DNA of 64,000 nucleotides. It comes from Asterias rubens (lineage: Eukaryota). The notes beneath the pieces were generated by a model, which was not told the DNA's origin, made no database searches, and saw nothing but the letters and a program-made list of their open reading frames with translations. This document shows positions 37,157-50,473 of the stretch, one piece after another; within the stretch, counting starts at the first letter, position 1; each line of letters begins with the position of its first letter. The stretch lies in the NCBI RefSeq assembly GCF_902459465.1, contig NC_047064.1, positions 3,534,001-3,598,000 on the forward strand. The letters run 5' to 3'. The position numbers and the translations under genes were made by a program.

Positions 37157-37934
37157 GAAAACAATTACAAAATGGTGCCAAGGATTAGGTCTCATAATTC
37201 AAACTTCGTCCCACTCACCTTGCATGAAAATAATTGGCGCTTTGCATCATTTGAAAAAAATACCTCATTTTGGTTAGAGTGTCAGCGATTACACGCCATC
37301 ATGTATTACTGACAACTTGTTCCGGCTCTCCCATGTGATTTTCTCAAGCCGAGACTAAGCGGGGGCCCGGGCTTCTCAATAAAGCAAATGCTGCCGGGGG
37401 CACGGCTTTGCAAAATTGGATTCGTCGCTGAAAGTTCTCCTGTTTTTGCCGGGGAAAATTGCTTTTCGGCATCCCATGATAAAGAACATGGTTAGTAAAT
37501 CCTATAGTAATTCCATCATTTTGATGAAATATATTGTGGATCGGGCCATTTGTATGCAGTCTATGTGGAAAATAAGAAAACTCTTCAGTATAACACTGAC
37601 AGTTGAGTCTTCTTCTCTGTACAGTTCCAAATCAATGTAGTACACAAGGAATATTTAAAATGGTTAAGGACAATTATTCATATTGATTTCTGATGACATT
37701 TTGTATCTAAGGACACAAGCGCCACGTACTGTGTCCCTGCTTGATTCTTGATAAATCATAATTTATATACAAAATGTACGTTAACAAACAATAACAAGAA
37801 CAACACAACACAGTTTGATGCAGACTCCATGCTCCTACAGTGCCCAGCAGCTTTCATTCCTCGTCCCCTGACCTTTTCACTCAATCTTGGCAAGTCTCCA
37901 CCACACAGCTCTTCGTTTGTCATTCGCTGTTCCA

Positions 37935-38275
37935 AGGCACTGGACACGTTTGGTAATTATTGTCAAATACCTTTTTTCTCACTTGGTGTATCCCAACATA
38001 TGCATAAAATAACAGACCTTTGAATTGGTGATCAAAGTTGCAAGAGATTAAAGACAGAAAACGCCCCTGTTGCACAACTTGCTTTCAGATGCATAATAAA
38101 AGGCCTCAGCTAATGTCTTTTAATATTTGAGTGAGAAATTACCTCTTTCTCAAAAACTATGTTACTTCAGAGGAAGCTGTTTCTCACAATGTTCTGTACT
38201 ACCAATATCTATTCATTGTTCGTTACCAAGTAAGTTTTATGCTGACAATTTTTTTTAAGTAATACGCCAGTGCCT
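37935..38275. mobile_element. Kolobok-like MITE family 1
   Basis: AGGCACTGGACACGTTTGGTAATT ... CAGTGCCT-TTAA. Confidence 0.75.
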
Positions 38276-38836
38276 TTAACATTTAGGACAGTCCTGACAT
38301 TTTGGACATTCAAAAGCAGTTGTTCCGTCTTTAATTAAACACAGTAAGACCTTGGTCTGGTCATTAGTTCAGCCCTAAAACGGACTGGAAACAATCATCA
38401 TCCACAAAGACATAAGTGATCGTGTTAATATGAAGTTGACATTTTAGTGTGCGAGGACACACACCAGGAATCGATTGCCCGATTAAACAAACGCAACGAG
38501 CTGTAAAACTTCACTTCATAACGGATGGGTTTTGTTAAACCAATAACAAAACATCCATAATTATCAGCTCTTTATATATTAAAACATTTATAAAAATCGT
38601 TTGGTGAAAACTATAAGGTAAACTACAATGATCAAAAGGTCCTTAATTGAAAAATTCGTATAAATTTGAAGAAAAAAAATATATACATGCAAAAGCAGTT
38701 TTACATCTTAATTAAAAAGTGTTTTCAAATTGCTCTAACAGATGTCGAGCTCCGTTCATGACTCGTGTTTGTTTTTTTGTGAGACTAAAGTTAGTTAGAT
38801 ATTGGACATTTACGTAGGTTTAAGCAATGAATGTTA

Positions 38837-39240
38837 ATGTTGCTTTTCGATATTGGACATTGAACATTCACATAGATTTGTACAGTTAATATCGGTGTTA
38901 CCTTTTCGATAATTGACATTCAAATAGGTTTGTACAGCGAATATCAATGTTGCTTTTTAGATATTGGACATTGGACATTCAAATAGGTTTGTACAGAGAA
39001 TATCAATAATGCTTTTTCGATAATGGACATTGGACGTGCAAACAGGTGTGTACAGCGAATATAAATGTTGCTTTTTAAGATATTGGACATTGGACATTCA
39101 AATGGAATTGTACGGCGAAAATCAATAATGCTTTTTTTGATAATGGACATTGGACATTCAATTAGGTTTGTACAGCGAATATCAATGTTGCTTTTTTTAT
39201 ACTAGACATTGGACATTCACATAGCTTCGTACAGTGAATG
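38837..39240. repeat. ~59-bp minisatellite, 7 units
   Basis: Unit approximately AATGTTGCTTTTTCGATATTGGACATTGGACATTCAAATAGGTTTGTACAGCGAATATC. Confidence 0.9.
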
Positions 39241-40213
39241 TCATTATTTTTGTAACAGGTGGCGTTCCAAAGGGTGTTAGGTCAGTCTTTACTGTCAAAC
39301 ACTGTTCCTTTTACATCACCCAAATGACAGAGTTGACACTTTATGAAGACTGGATTCAAAGTAAAGTCCATTAAGATAGAACAGGTTATCAATCATTGTG
39401 CCATTATTGACCCACATTGCGAGTCGACAACGCCGGGGGCAAAAAAAAACCAAAAACATTTTGAGTGTAAACTGCCCTTTATATCCGTGAGAGTGAGTCC
39501 TGACCTATTTTTCCTTTTCAACATTTTCAATGATAAAATTCCCGTACACTCCCATGAAGTTTAATATAATAGAAAAACACTTTTAGTGTCAGTGAGTATG
39601 GGATTTTATTGTGTTTATACTGATACCATTTTGTGTTTAATATGTTGTGATTTTAGACTCCTTTTCATGGAACGGAAAGTGCCATCTCCTACTTTACATC
39701 AAACACATATGAGGTTTGAAATATGAACTATATATGCTTGCCACCCGGTTTGAATCGAATGCTAAGGCCATCTACCCTACACACATCAACTATTTAAAGA
39801 TAAAAAAAAAAATAATAATACTGTTTAAAAAAAGGGAAAACAATGGCAACTGATGAAATGGCACTTTGGGATTAAAACCAATGTATACTTCCAAGATTTA
39901 CCAACAATTGCTCAAGTTTCCCCCATTAATACCGTTACAATAAACTCCTTGAAGAAAAACGACATCTTCTAACAAATTTAAAGGGATGCTGCAATTCAAG
40001 TAAAACAGTTAGTTTTGCTGTCTTTTATTTGTGATATATGTATTGAACATCAATAAAATGTGTTTTGTTTATTCCCGACATATCTGACTTGCATAATTAG
40101 CGAATAAGTCATGCCCCCCCCCTTTGTGGATTGTTACTGCAGCCATATATATTATATATTAGCATTCCCTATTTAATCAAACACTCATTCAATCATTCAT
40201 TGATGATTTATTC

Positions 40214-40248
<35 letters not shown>

Positions 40249-40826
40249 CTTTGACAATTATCGTCACTTCTGAACAGAATCAATTGCATGAGACGTGGGT
40301 TTACACGGTGTGTTGCTATACATTGATCCACGGACTGTACATGTATAGTAATGCCACACGCATTTTTAGAGATTTAATTTGGCCAGAGGCTGGTTAAATC
40401 CCTTGCTATAAAGATTATCATACACAATAATAATGATAGTATTTTATAATTCAATATTTGCCCGTATGAACTTATAACTTTTGCCATTTTACTGAGCAGT
40501 GTCCTATTTATGTCTAGTCCCCCCCCCCGCGTTGCATGTAATTCACATGGGTCTCAAGTGGCACTTGAGTTGGATTTCAGCCTCGTCCCCAGACAACCTC
40601 GGACGTTAATCCCTCCTTAATGCTTGTCATTTTAGAATCATGTGAACAATTTTAATAGAGTGTTCGAACGAATCAAAGGTCACCGGTGTTTTCACACATT
40701 CAAGTACTGCTCTTGACTTCGTAGTGTACCCAGTAGTTTTGTTTGTTGTCATGGATATGTTGGTTAACATCAAGTGTCGCTCCCAAGGTTACTAGCAAGT
40801 TAAATACTAGTTCATTGGAGTCTTAA

Positions 40827-41169
40827 AGGCACTGGACACCTTTGGTAATTGTCAAAGACCAGTATTCTCACTTGGTGTATCCATACATATGTATACAGTA
40901 TAAACAGACCTTTGAAAACTTGGGCTCAATCGGTCTCCTTAGTGGCAAGAGAATAACGAAGACAAAAACCCGAACTTTTTGTGTCCTTTTAGATGCATAC
41001 AGGCCTGAAGTCTTTTAATATTTGAGTGAGAAATTACCTCTTTCTTAAAAACTACGTTACTTCAGATGGAGTGATTTCTGATAATGTGATTAACAGCTCT
41101 TCATTGCTCGTTACCAAGAAAGTATTAATGATAACAATTCATTTGAATAATTACCAATAGTCAGTGCCT
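40827..41169. mobile_element. Kolobok-like MITE family 1, full-length
   Basis: TTAA-AGGCACTGGACAC ... CAGTGCCT-TTAA. Confidence 0.8.
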
Positions 41170-42133
41170 TTAAATGTTCCGTAAATATAAATCCACCATT
41201 TCATTAACTACTATAAAGAAGGTTTCACTTAAATCCAGTTCTTTCTAAAGAAGCGAGTGAACTTCCAATCATTAGATCAAACTCAAGAACAAACATCAAA
41301 CTTTTCTCAGAAGGCACACACACAGAAAAGGGGTTATTAAGTAATAAGTTGGTTGAATGTGGGACATTCCTAATAAAATACAAAAGTTGCCAGCCGCTCA
41401 CCTGTTATTCCGACGTCAATGTTCTAAGCTATTGCTACAGCTGTGTTTAGAATAAAACAGTACACGTACATCGCAAATCTAAAATAGAAGAAATTGCACA
41501 AGAAGCTTCTTACTGTCACGATAAACTCAATAAAAAACGTGACTTGTGAAATGGTAACAGATCCGGAGACATAAAGACAATAGAAGATAACACAATAAGA
41601 CATTATTGGGTTTCACATTACAACTGATATAGCGCCGAGGTTGGAGCGCACCTGTACGGGACCAGTGTTGACGCAAACACCCTGGAAAAACACCCCAACC
41701 TCTCTAAAACAATTCGTGCTATCCGAGCTTCTACTCTTCCCTATATCTGGGATGTTTTTCCCCGGCTATAAATTGGCCTTCACTGCAATATATAGGTCTT
41801 TTTTACATTTCAAATTTCAGCAGGAAATTAGACTCTATTGTGGTGATACCTTACGCTTGACTGGTCAGCGCCAAGTGTAAAAGTCGATACGCTGGAATGA
41901 GCTTTATAATTAGGTGCGCGACATTTCGGGAACGAGCACAAACAATACGACCATTTATCACGAGTCACGTGTTGATTCAGACTGAGCTAAACAATTTTCA
42001 GCGAACTGTTCTTATAATTTCGGCAACATGAGAACTATAATAGTTTAAAGTTTTAGTCTCCGTTATAAGATTGGGCGGAGTATACGTTATATCAAGGATC
42101 ATGATGTCCAACGTTACTATTACCATGTAGGTA

Positions 42134-42478
42134 CACTCTAAAAACCAAAGAGTTGAATCCAACACTTGCGGTGAGTGACTACACTTTGAAAGTGTTGAAT
42201 CCAGCATGTTATATGTTAAATCCAACATTTAATAGTATTCTGTCAACAATTTAAGTGCCAGTTTAACGTTTAAAAAAGGAATGGTTTTGAGAAATGTTGA
42301 AACAACACTTAAATTGTTGAATTAACCCTTTTTGCGTTGGATCAAAAATTTAAAATGCTAGATTTAACCAACAAAATGCTGGATTCAACCACTAAAATAC
42401 TGGATTCAACACTTTCAAAGTGTAGTCACTCACCGAACGCATGCAAGTGTTGGATTCAACTCTTTAGTTTTAAGAGTG
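42134..42478. mobile_element. MITE with CACT termini and TA flanks (CMC/EnSpm-like)
   Basis: TA-CACTCTAAAAACCAAAGAGTTGAATCCAACACTTGC ... GCAAGTGTTGGATTCAACTCTTTAGTTTTAAGAGTG-TA, with long subterminal inverted repeats. Confidence 0.75.
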
Positions 42479-42614
42479 TATTAACCGTAATATAAAGTGA
42501 TATTCATTTACAAGGGAGGGACCAGCTTCAGTTTTATAAAAATGATTTTTTTTTAGGAAGAAACTTTAAGTAAAATGTAAATTTGCGGGAACAACCATGT
42601 GTAGATCTCTGTTG

Positions 42615-42686
42615 TGTGTATGTGTTGGCTCTGAGAAGAGCCGGTGTGGCATCGACGTTTCGAACAGTATTCTCTGCTCGTCTTAA
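42615..42686 (-). mobile_element. Penelope-type terminal relic with hammerhead-like core
   Basis: Minus strand: (C)TTAAGA-C-GAGCAG-agaata-CTGTTC-GAAAC-GTC. Related degraded pieces lie near 13145-13220 and 36365-36410. Confidence 0.5.
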
Positions 42687-43068
42687 TGGATCACGTTGCC
42701 TTGGATCGGGACGAGTTGGTCTTCAAAAGCGTTTGAAACCGTTTGTCATGAAATGCATATGGTTAAAAAGATAAGTGAAAACCAGAATACAATGATCCAC
42801 ATAAGTATCACAAAAAAATGCACGGTTTTTATTTTACGTCGCGAACTAACACGGTCGGCCATTTATGGAGTCAAAAATTTGAATCCCATAAATGGCCGAC
42901 CGTGTTAGTCGACGAGGTAAAAAGTAAACCACGCAATTTCGAAGCATGTTTGTACGGATCATTGTATTGTACTTTTACAACATCTGTCTGACCATAACGA
43001 GTTTATAACAAACGGTTACAGAACGCTTTTCAAGGACCAACTCGACCGATCCAGGGCAACGTGTTCCT
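42687..43068. mobile_element. Kolobok-like MITE family 2
   Basis: TTAA at 42683-86 and 43069-72. Same TIR as 35487. Confidence 0.85.
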
Positions 43069-43969
43069 TTAAGGGGAATGATTTTGATTACAAACAAAAA
43101 GAGACAGAAGCAAAATGGTAAAGGTGCGTAACCAATCGTTCCTAGTTGTGGAATACAAACAATGGCAACGGACATTCCTTGGGGGATGCAGACAATGACA
43201 ATGGAACCAACCACCCATGGTGGGACTCAGATAATGACATATTCATAAGGCGATTTTGATATTGTATATATAATATACTTCAATATTGGGGTGTCTCTAA
43301 GTGCTAACACTACAAGGCAAGTGCACAGACCATGCCCCTGTGTTGACCACAGATAATGACAAATTGCCACTGATGCGAACAAACAAGCATCTAAATTGAC
43401 CATGGCCTGAAAGGTGTTTGTAACTAACCTTCCTTGGGGCAATTTCTGATTCGTTAGAAAGGTTTCCTTATAGAAGAAAAAAACCAAAACAATTTAGACA
43501 AATGCAATTTATTGTCTGGCTTCTCTATTACGTCACCACATTTAGACACGACGTGTTTAGATGGCATATCATGACCCTTGTATTTTAAAAAGAAGTATTT
43601 ATTTACGTCAATTCCTCTCTATTGTTATATCGATTCGCTTTTCATAAAGGCGGGTGTGGGCGTTTGACAATGAAGTCCAAACAATGTAGTTTAATTAACA
43701 ATTAGTTCTTCTGTTAGTTTCCGATTGTTAAAGCGTTTTTTTGTTGTTGTGATGAAGCTCTGTTAAAATGCGCATCTATTGTTATCACAAAGGAATTTAA
43801 TGGTAGGGTTATGTAGATTGGCAAATACTCCTAAAAAATATGGCCATAAATTTACTTACTAAACGAAGAGCACTGCTGCTGTTGATAGTGTTAACTATTT
43901 TGTGAAAGGATTCCTTATTGGGAATTACTTAAAATAACTATTATCATAAAACCTTTCTTGATTACGGGT

Positions 43970-44276
43970 AATGGGAGTAGGTTGATGGTATAAAACATTG
44001 TGAGAAACAGCTCCCTCTGAAGTGACGTAGTTTTCTAGAAAGAAGTAATTTTCCACGAATTTGATTTCGAGACCTCAGATTTAGAATTTGAGGTCTCGAA
44101 ATCACACAACTTTGTGTGATCATGGTGCGACAAGGGTGTTTTTCCTTTCATTAATATCTCGCAACTTCGACGACCGATTGAGCTCAAATTTTCACAGGTT
44201 TGTTATTTTATGCATACGTTGAGATTCAGCAACTGTGAAGACTGGTCTTTGACAAACAGTGTACATTGTCTTTAAA
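43970..44276. mobile_element. Kolobok-like family 1, 5'-truncated
   Basis: Contains the GATTTCGAGACCTCAG hairpin and the GAAGACTGGTCTTTGACAA subterminal segment. Confidence 0.75.
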
Positions 44277-46409
44277 AGTACTACAATTTGGATATTCAAA
44301 TTTCCACCCACAAATAGTTGAATCTGGATCGGGGTCAAAACAGTCGACTGTGGCAAACCTGCAGAGAACTATTTCAATCTGAAATATTTTCAAAATTTGA
44401 GAACAAAATCGAAAGTCCCCACAAGTCACCGTTGTTTGCTATCACTGCCCCCGTATCCTCCGATTTGATGTTTTTTCGTGGGCTGATTGTATTTGGTTTT
44501 ATAGTAAAAAAGGGGAAATATAGAATCCGAGTTGCCTGTTGGTTTGTTTCACCCAGAACTCGGGGAAAGTGTACAATGCTTAATGCGTTGGGGTGGTAAC
44601 AGCCAAATTATATTCTTTATCACCGATGTTAAACTAACATTTATAAAAGAGAATTAGAGCTAATTTCTTCTTCCCAAACCCAATTATGTTCTTTCAAATT
44701 TTAAGCCTTGGTTTAATTTGGTAAAAGTGAATTTCAATCATTGACTTCCCTTTTTCCACATTCCACATCTCACAAGAGACCTTGGGTTTTTAGGGCAGTC
44801 AAGGGCTGGTAAAATCTTAAGTTGTACCAATTTAAAAGCCAAAACAAACAGCATGCTCTTCTAAATACCGTTTTATAAATTATCATGAAAGAAAAGCTGC
44901 TTTAACTTCTGCCAATTTTGAATTTTTTTTCTTGTAAATATAAATCATTCACTCTATTTAATTATGTGATCAAAACACATCTGAACCATTTAAACGTTCG
45001 TTTGAGAACGCAAAAGCAATTTCCAAAGAGTTATATGTTTTACTATGAAACAGCAGCGTTTTTTATTATCGAAAAATGGAAAATTATACCTTATCTGAAA
45101 TCGATGCCTTCAGTGAGACAGTCAAAGTTGAGAAAATAGCATTCGATTATTTGTTTCCCTCTGTACGTGTTTAGGTAAAAGTCGTTCCACAAAAATACGT
45201 GACAGCATACGGCTAAAATCAATCTGTTTTTCAAACCAAAGGTCGAGTCGTCTCCGTAACGAGTGGGTGCATAGGTGCGCGTGCACGCTTGTAATGACAA
45301 ACACGACCATGACAGATCATTGACAAACAAACATAAATTCAAGTTGACAATTTCTAGATCGAAATGACATGAACAATGCTTTCATTCGTCCAAATGACAC
45401 GTTTTACATTGAGACATAAATCTGTTTCCCTAGAAGGTTTAGTCATATATTGTGTATTTTATGCGGGTTTTGTTTATTCGAAGGGTTTGACGTTTTTAAG
45501 CTAGAGAGAGTACAATATTTCATGAAATGTAAAGTTTTGTTTTATGAACTTAGCTGAGTAAGACTGTGGCCCGTTGCTGTAGATATCCAAGGGAACGTAA
45601 TCGCTTGTCTAGACGTAGTTCATGCTTCAATTTTTAACCAGGACCCGATTTCATAGAGTTGCTTAAGCACACAAACTAGCTGAGCACAACAACCAAGTCA
45701 AGTACTATGTTCCTCTATAATTTAGATTCTATAATCGAGTCAACATGGGTCTGAGCTATTGATGGCATCATTGTTTTAGGGAATTTTTTTCTTTTTTTCA
45801 ATGTCAACAACCACACAAACCCTCCAACAAAACTGTGAACATTAAATCAAACTCATCAGTTTTAGTCCCGGGAGGAACGCATTTAAAAAGAAAAATGATT
45901 GTGTACCCTCAACCTTAATAGCTTCCTGGACTTTGACAATACTTGACAAATATCTGACTGGGGAATTATACACTATGGAGCGATCTTTTGAATCAGTTTG
46001 CCTCCGGGTTGAACTTAATGATTGTTTCCATAACTAGCAATATTCTACTAATTGTCATTAACTCCAACAAGACAAATTGATACATGGGTCCATTCTCTAA
46101 CAACTCACTCAATAAGAGAAAAGCGAAGAAAAAAAACCACAAAGGGAAACACAAACCTCTGTTTTTCTTTCTCCCCGCAATACCTCCCCGGACAATAACA
46201 CCTTTAATTACAGTCCTTAACCCATGACGACAGGTTGTAATGAGCAATTAATAAGCCGCGAGCTCCAATTCACACCCTATTATTGTAAGGTCTGCGCAGT
46301 TGCTAACGACTGACTGAAGACAAAAGATGCGGTAATAATGTGATTATTGTTATTTTTTACCCTTGTTGGTAATTACAGTGATCAATGCTGACTGGACAAT
46401 GAGTGTTAC

Positions 46410-46880
46410 AAATGGTTTTATGTTTACACTGCGGGTTATAAGAGAGCATTTGTCTAAATTAACAAATTGACGATGAAAGAATATCTCCATGCACTTTAAG
46501 GGCGAGAAGTTATATAACGGTTTACAAATTGTTTGCTTGTTTATTTATTTGATTGGGTGTTTCTTGATAATTATTGTTGAAACGGTGTTGTGTTTACACA
46601 GTGGGTAAAGAGAGAAAGACCTGTCGAAATTAAAGAAATTTACCATCAAAGACTTTCGCTAATGTACTTTAAGGGCAAAATGAGTATTCAAATAGTTTGT
46701 TTGTTACTTTATTTGATTGGGTGTTTATATACCTGTCCTTGACAATTAGAGATGACATGGTTTTGTGTTTACACTACGGGTTAAAAGAGAAAGACTTGTC
46801 TAAATTGAACAAATTGACAATCAAGGCCTTCGCCGTTTACTTTAAAGGCGAACAGTTAATTAAGTTTCAAAGTGTTTGAT
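46410..46880. repeat. Three diverged ~170-bp tandem units
   Basis: Anchors GTTTACAC..GGGT, ACTTTAAGGGC and ATTTGATTGGGTGTTT recur. Confidence 0.7.
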
Positions 46881-48450
46881 TGTTTTTTTTTCTGTTTTTT
46901 TCTTTAATTATTATTATTATATATATATATAATTTTTTTGGGGCGGTGTTTGTTGGTTTGTTTTTTGTTTTTGTTTTTTTGGTACCTGCCTCGTTTTCAA
47001 TATGACCTTCTTCGTTTTATGGCCTACATTTTTAATGGAGTTTATTTTGTTTTTTTACTCCTCATAGGGCTGTCCTTTTTTTGTGATGTTTGTATTTTCC
47101 TAATTGAGTTTTAAGTCAATAGTTCATGGCCATTGTTAAATTATATTTTATGGGATTAGTCGTTTGAGATGGTGGCCTTGTATGATTTTAAAGCCTTAAT
47201 AAAAAAATTATAATTTTGTTTTGAATTAACTAAAAATTTTTAAATTGTAACGTTCACTGCGGTACATGTTTTGAAGAACAATTTAGCTGTTAATGTTCCT
47301 TTCTTCTATTTATTACTAACGTGAATTTAATAGTTCGTTGGCTAATATATGGTTACACAAATTAACGGTTTATTGCAATAGACGAAAGAATGAATTAACG
47401 ACTCCGTTAATGGATATGCTTCTATATTTTTGGAAAATAAGCACATGGTTATAGTCAATTTGACATGACCTTTGAGCCACCTTTTTAAAAACATCGTAAA
47501 TTTTTCAACAAAGACAACAAATTATGAAACTTCCGCCATTATATGATACTAAAAATATTAAGGCCTGACAATTGTGTTTTAAACAGGATTGCTCAACGAT
47601 TAAAATTCGCCTGCTTCCATGTGAGACAATGGTTTTAAGTTTAACTGATAGTGAGCGCAATTCCCAATCATTAGTAAAACCATGGAATAACTAATTCTAC
47701 ACCAATGGCAAAACACATGTTTACACCTGTAGGCCTAATTTAATACAGTGTCATAGGCTACATTCGTTTTGACCCCCATGGGTAATCTTATCCGATAAGA
47801 TGTATACAAATTTCTGTTCTTAAAACCATATTATAATTTAACTCTAGCATATTATAATAGCAGTAGCTATTCATTCCCAAATGCGTAGGTTTCTTATTTA
47901 CCAGGGGCTTGTAACTGACAACCCAATTTACCGGCCGTACGTCGTAATCAAATCATGTATGGGCTATGGCAAAGAAAATGAACTATACCTTAAAGAACCA
48001 TCTATATCTGTCTTTCTCGCAATCGATATCTAAACGATCGATTGTGTTTCACTAACGGTAATAAAACTTCCAGAATGAAGTTGCGTATAATTATGCGGTG
48101 AGTATGCTGCTGTGCAGTTTGTTTTTATTTATTATAGTAATACTATTATTATTTGTGTAGGAAGCTATGCTGCTCCATGTCCTCTCACGTAAAGTATTTA
48201 CAGAACAAAATAAATTTAATCGTATAATCAACAGAAAATTAGTAAGTAAAACAAACATGATTACTCATACAAGCAGGATACATTGGTGTCTTTCCTTGTT
48301 TAAAATGTTGATAAAGTTATTTAATGTTTTTTTTTTAAGGTTTGTTTTATACTAAATACAAGTTTCGTACTGAGGGCGTCCATGGAAAGCAGTGCCGAAC
48401 GCTGATCTGAGTTTAGTCTCAATGGAGATAACATAAACTAGACATTAAGT

Positions 48451-48750
48451 ATATTAATTTTGGTTTTTACCCATACACCGATGTGTGTTAGCACTGTATA
48501 CTCAGTACTTTCCCGAGTCCTGTGAACAAATATCACAGGCATGTTACTCGGGTGGGATTCGAACCCACGACCCTTGAAATTCCAGAGCAGTGTCTTACCA
48601 ACTAGACTACCGAGGTTGCCCGGCAGCTAGAGGCAGTTTTTTTTTACAGGACTCGGGAAAGTACTGAGTATACAGTGCTAACACACATCGGTGTATGGGT
48701 AAAAACCAAAATTAATATTCTTTATCCCCGATGCAAATGAAACATCTATT
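48451..48750. mobile_element. TIR element carrying a tRNA-like Pol III module
   Basis: Perfect 73-bp inverted repeats (48451-48523 / 48646-48718) enclose a tRNA-like sequence at 48547-48614 (minus). Fragments of the family lie at 11405-11545, 19120-19237 and 30045-30085. Confidence 0.8.
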
Positions 48751-48883
48751 ATAGACATTAAGTGTTTGTGAACAAACACGAAGCTGTTCCGTGTTATTTT
48801 GCTTGGACTGTGTGCTTCATTGCCCAAGGAATCTATAACTGAAAAAAGGTTTCAAAAAAGTGGTGTAGCTCTTGATATAAGGT

Positions 48884-49245
48884 AACACTTCCCGGTTGAC
48901 CCGTAAGTAAAGGTCAACATGGGCTGATAGCTACCAACGACTAATCTGCAATGCCAGGGAGTCTGAAACTGACAAAGTAAAAAAAAAAAAATTGGTTGTG
49001 TAGATCTTGATATATAGTCCCACCTCCGGTTGACCTAGAAGTAGAGGTCAACATGGGGTCGCAGTTTTCCAAAAATAATATTTATTGCCTAAGAGTCTAT
49101 AACTGAGGTTTGAACATTGGCTTTGTACTTTTTGAGATATGGGCCCACTTCCAGTTGACCCGGAAGTAAAGAATAATAATAATACAAACAATACAAATCT
49201 AGACGAAAACAATACCTGTTCCGACGGTAGGTCGGAACAGCTAAT
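48884..49245. mobile_element. Helentron/HINE-like non-autonomous element
   Basis: Three core repeats ACTTCCGGTTGACCCGGAAGT-like (about 48886, 49022, 49146), an (AAT)n stretch and a terminal hairpin CTGTTCCGAC-GGTAG-GTCGGAACAG (49216-49240). Confidence 0.5.
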
Positions 49246-49454
49246 AAAAACAATTTAAACAAAGAACGAAATGGAAAGCAAAAGGTTCACGGTAACATCC
49301 AATGTAACCTATCACATTGCAAAAAGGAACTATGTAATACAAGCTGAAATGAATGTTGTTTCTAGTCTGCAGAGGGCAATGTTTGTGAAGTAGAGTTTGT
49401 GAAAATCTGAATATTTATCTTTGGAAATGAAATTAATAATATTGTGTAAGTTAA

Positions 49455-49810
49455 AGACTCTGGAAACTATTGGTAATTGTTAAAGACCAGTCTTCTCATT
49501 TGCTGTATCTCAACATATGCATAAAATAACAAACCTGTGAAAATTTGAGCTCGATTGGTTGTCGAAGTTGCGAGAGAGTAATGAAAGAACACCCTTGTCA
49601 CAACAAGTTGTGTGCATTCTGTTGCTTGATTTCGAGACCTCAAAATTCTAAACTTGAGGTCTCGAAATCAAATTCAGGGAAAATTACTTCGTTCTCTACG
49701 TCACTTCAGAGGGAGCCGTTTCTCACAATGTTTTATACTATCAATCTCTCCCCATTACTCGTTACCAAGTGGGGTTTTATGCTTATAATTATTTTGAGTG
49801 TCCACTGCCT
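49455..49810. mobile_element. Kolobok-like MITE family 1
   Basis: TTAA-AGACTCTGGAAACTATTGG ... GTGTCCACTGCCT-TTAA. Confidence 0.75.
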
Positions 49811-50473
49811 TTAAGTGTATGATAACTAAGCCCTACATTCAAAGCGTTGTCATATAGCATATTATAAAAAATTACAGCGCAATCATTCATTGTCTGTTTG
49901 TAATTATTTTTCCCACAGTCGTGAAAATCAACAAATGACAAGAACTGACTTGGTGTTAGCAACTGTTGTCCGCAATTATATCGTGTCCCACCCCGTCCCA
50001 TTATCGTATCTGTGTTAATTTGTCACACGTAGATACCAAGAAATTCAATTTAACACCGGAGATTTTGCAGTGAACTAATTTATTTCAAAGCAGCGAGTCC
50101 CATGAGATTCTACGAAACTGTTCAACGTTTGTCTTGTAAATAGAATGCAAGTCAATCAAGGAGACTAGAAAATGGACATTTTGCAATATGAGATCACGTT
50201 CTTCATTTTGAATTGGACTGGAACGGTAGAAGCTCAACTCTTTTCATTTCATTTCATATACATTTATTTCATGCCAACATCAATCAATACATTGTAATAA
50301 CATTGTTCAGAAAACATATAATAACTTGTACTAAGGAAAACTAATCCAGTTAATGAATATAAGGACGTGCAGAGAATAGTGGTCCAAACATTAATGGGTC
50401 TTAAGAGTGAACGATTTTTGAGGATTCGGTAGACAGTCATTTGGGGTTAGGACGGAAAACAATATTGTTTTAA

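Noticed and set aside
38837-39240. Regularly spaced repeats suggestive of a CRISPR array
   Set aside because: Whole units repeat without unique spacers, the context is eukaryotic, and there are no cas genes.
48547-48614. Functional tRNA gene
   Set aside because: The anticodon stem is mispaired, the acceptor stem is short, and it is embedded in a multicopy TIR element.
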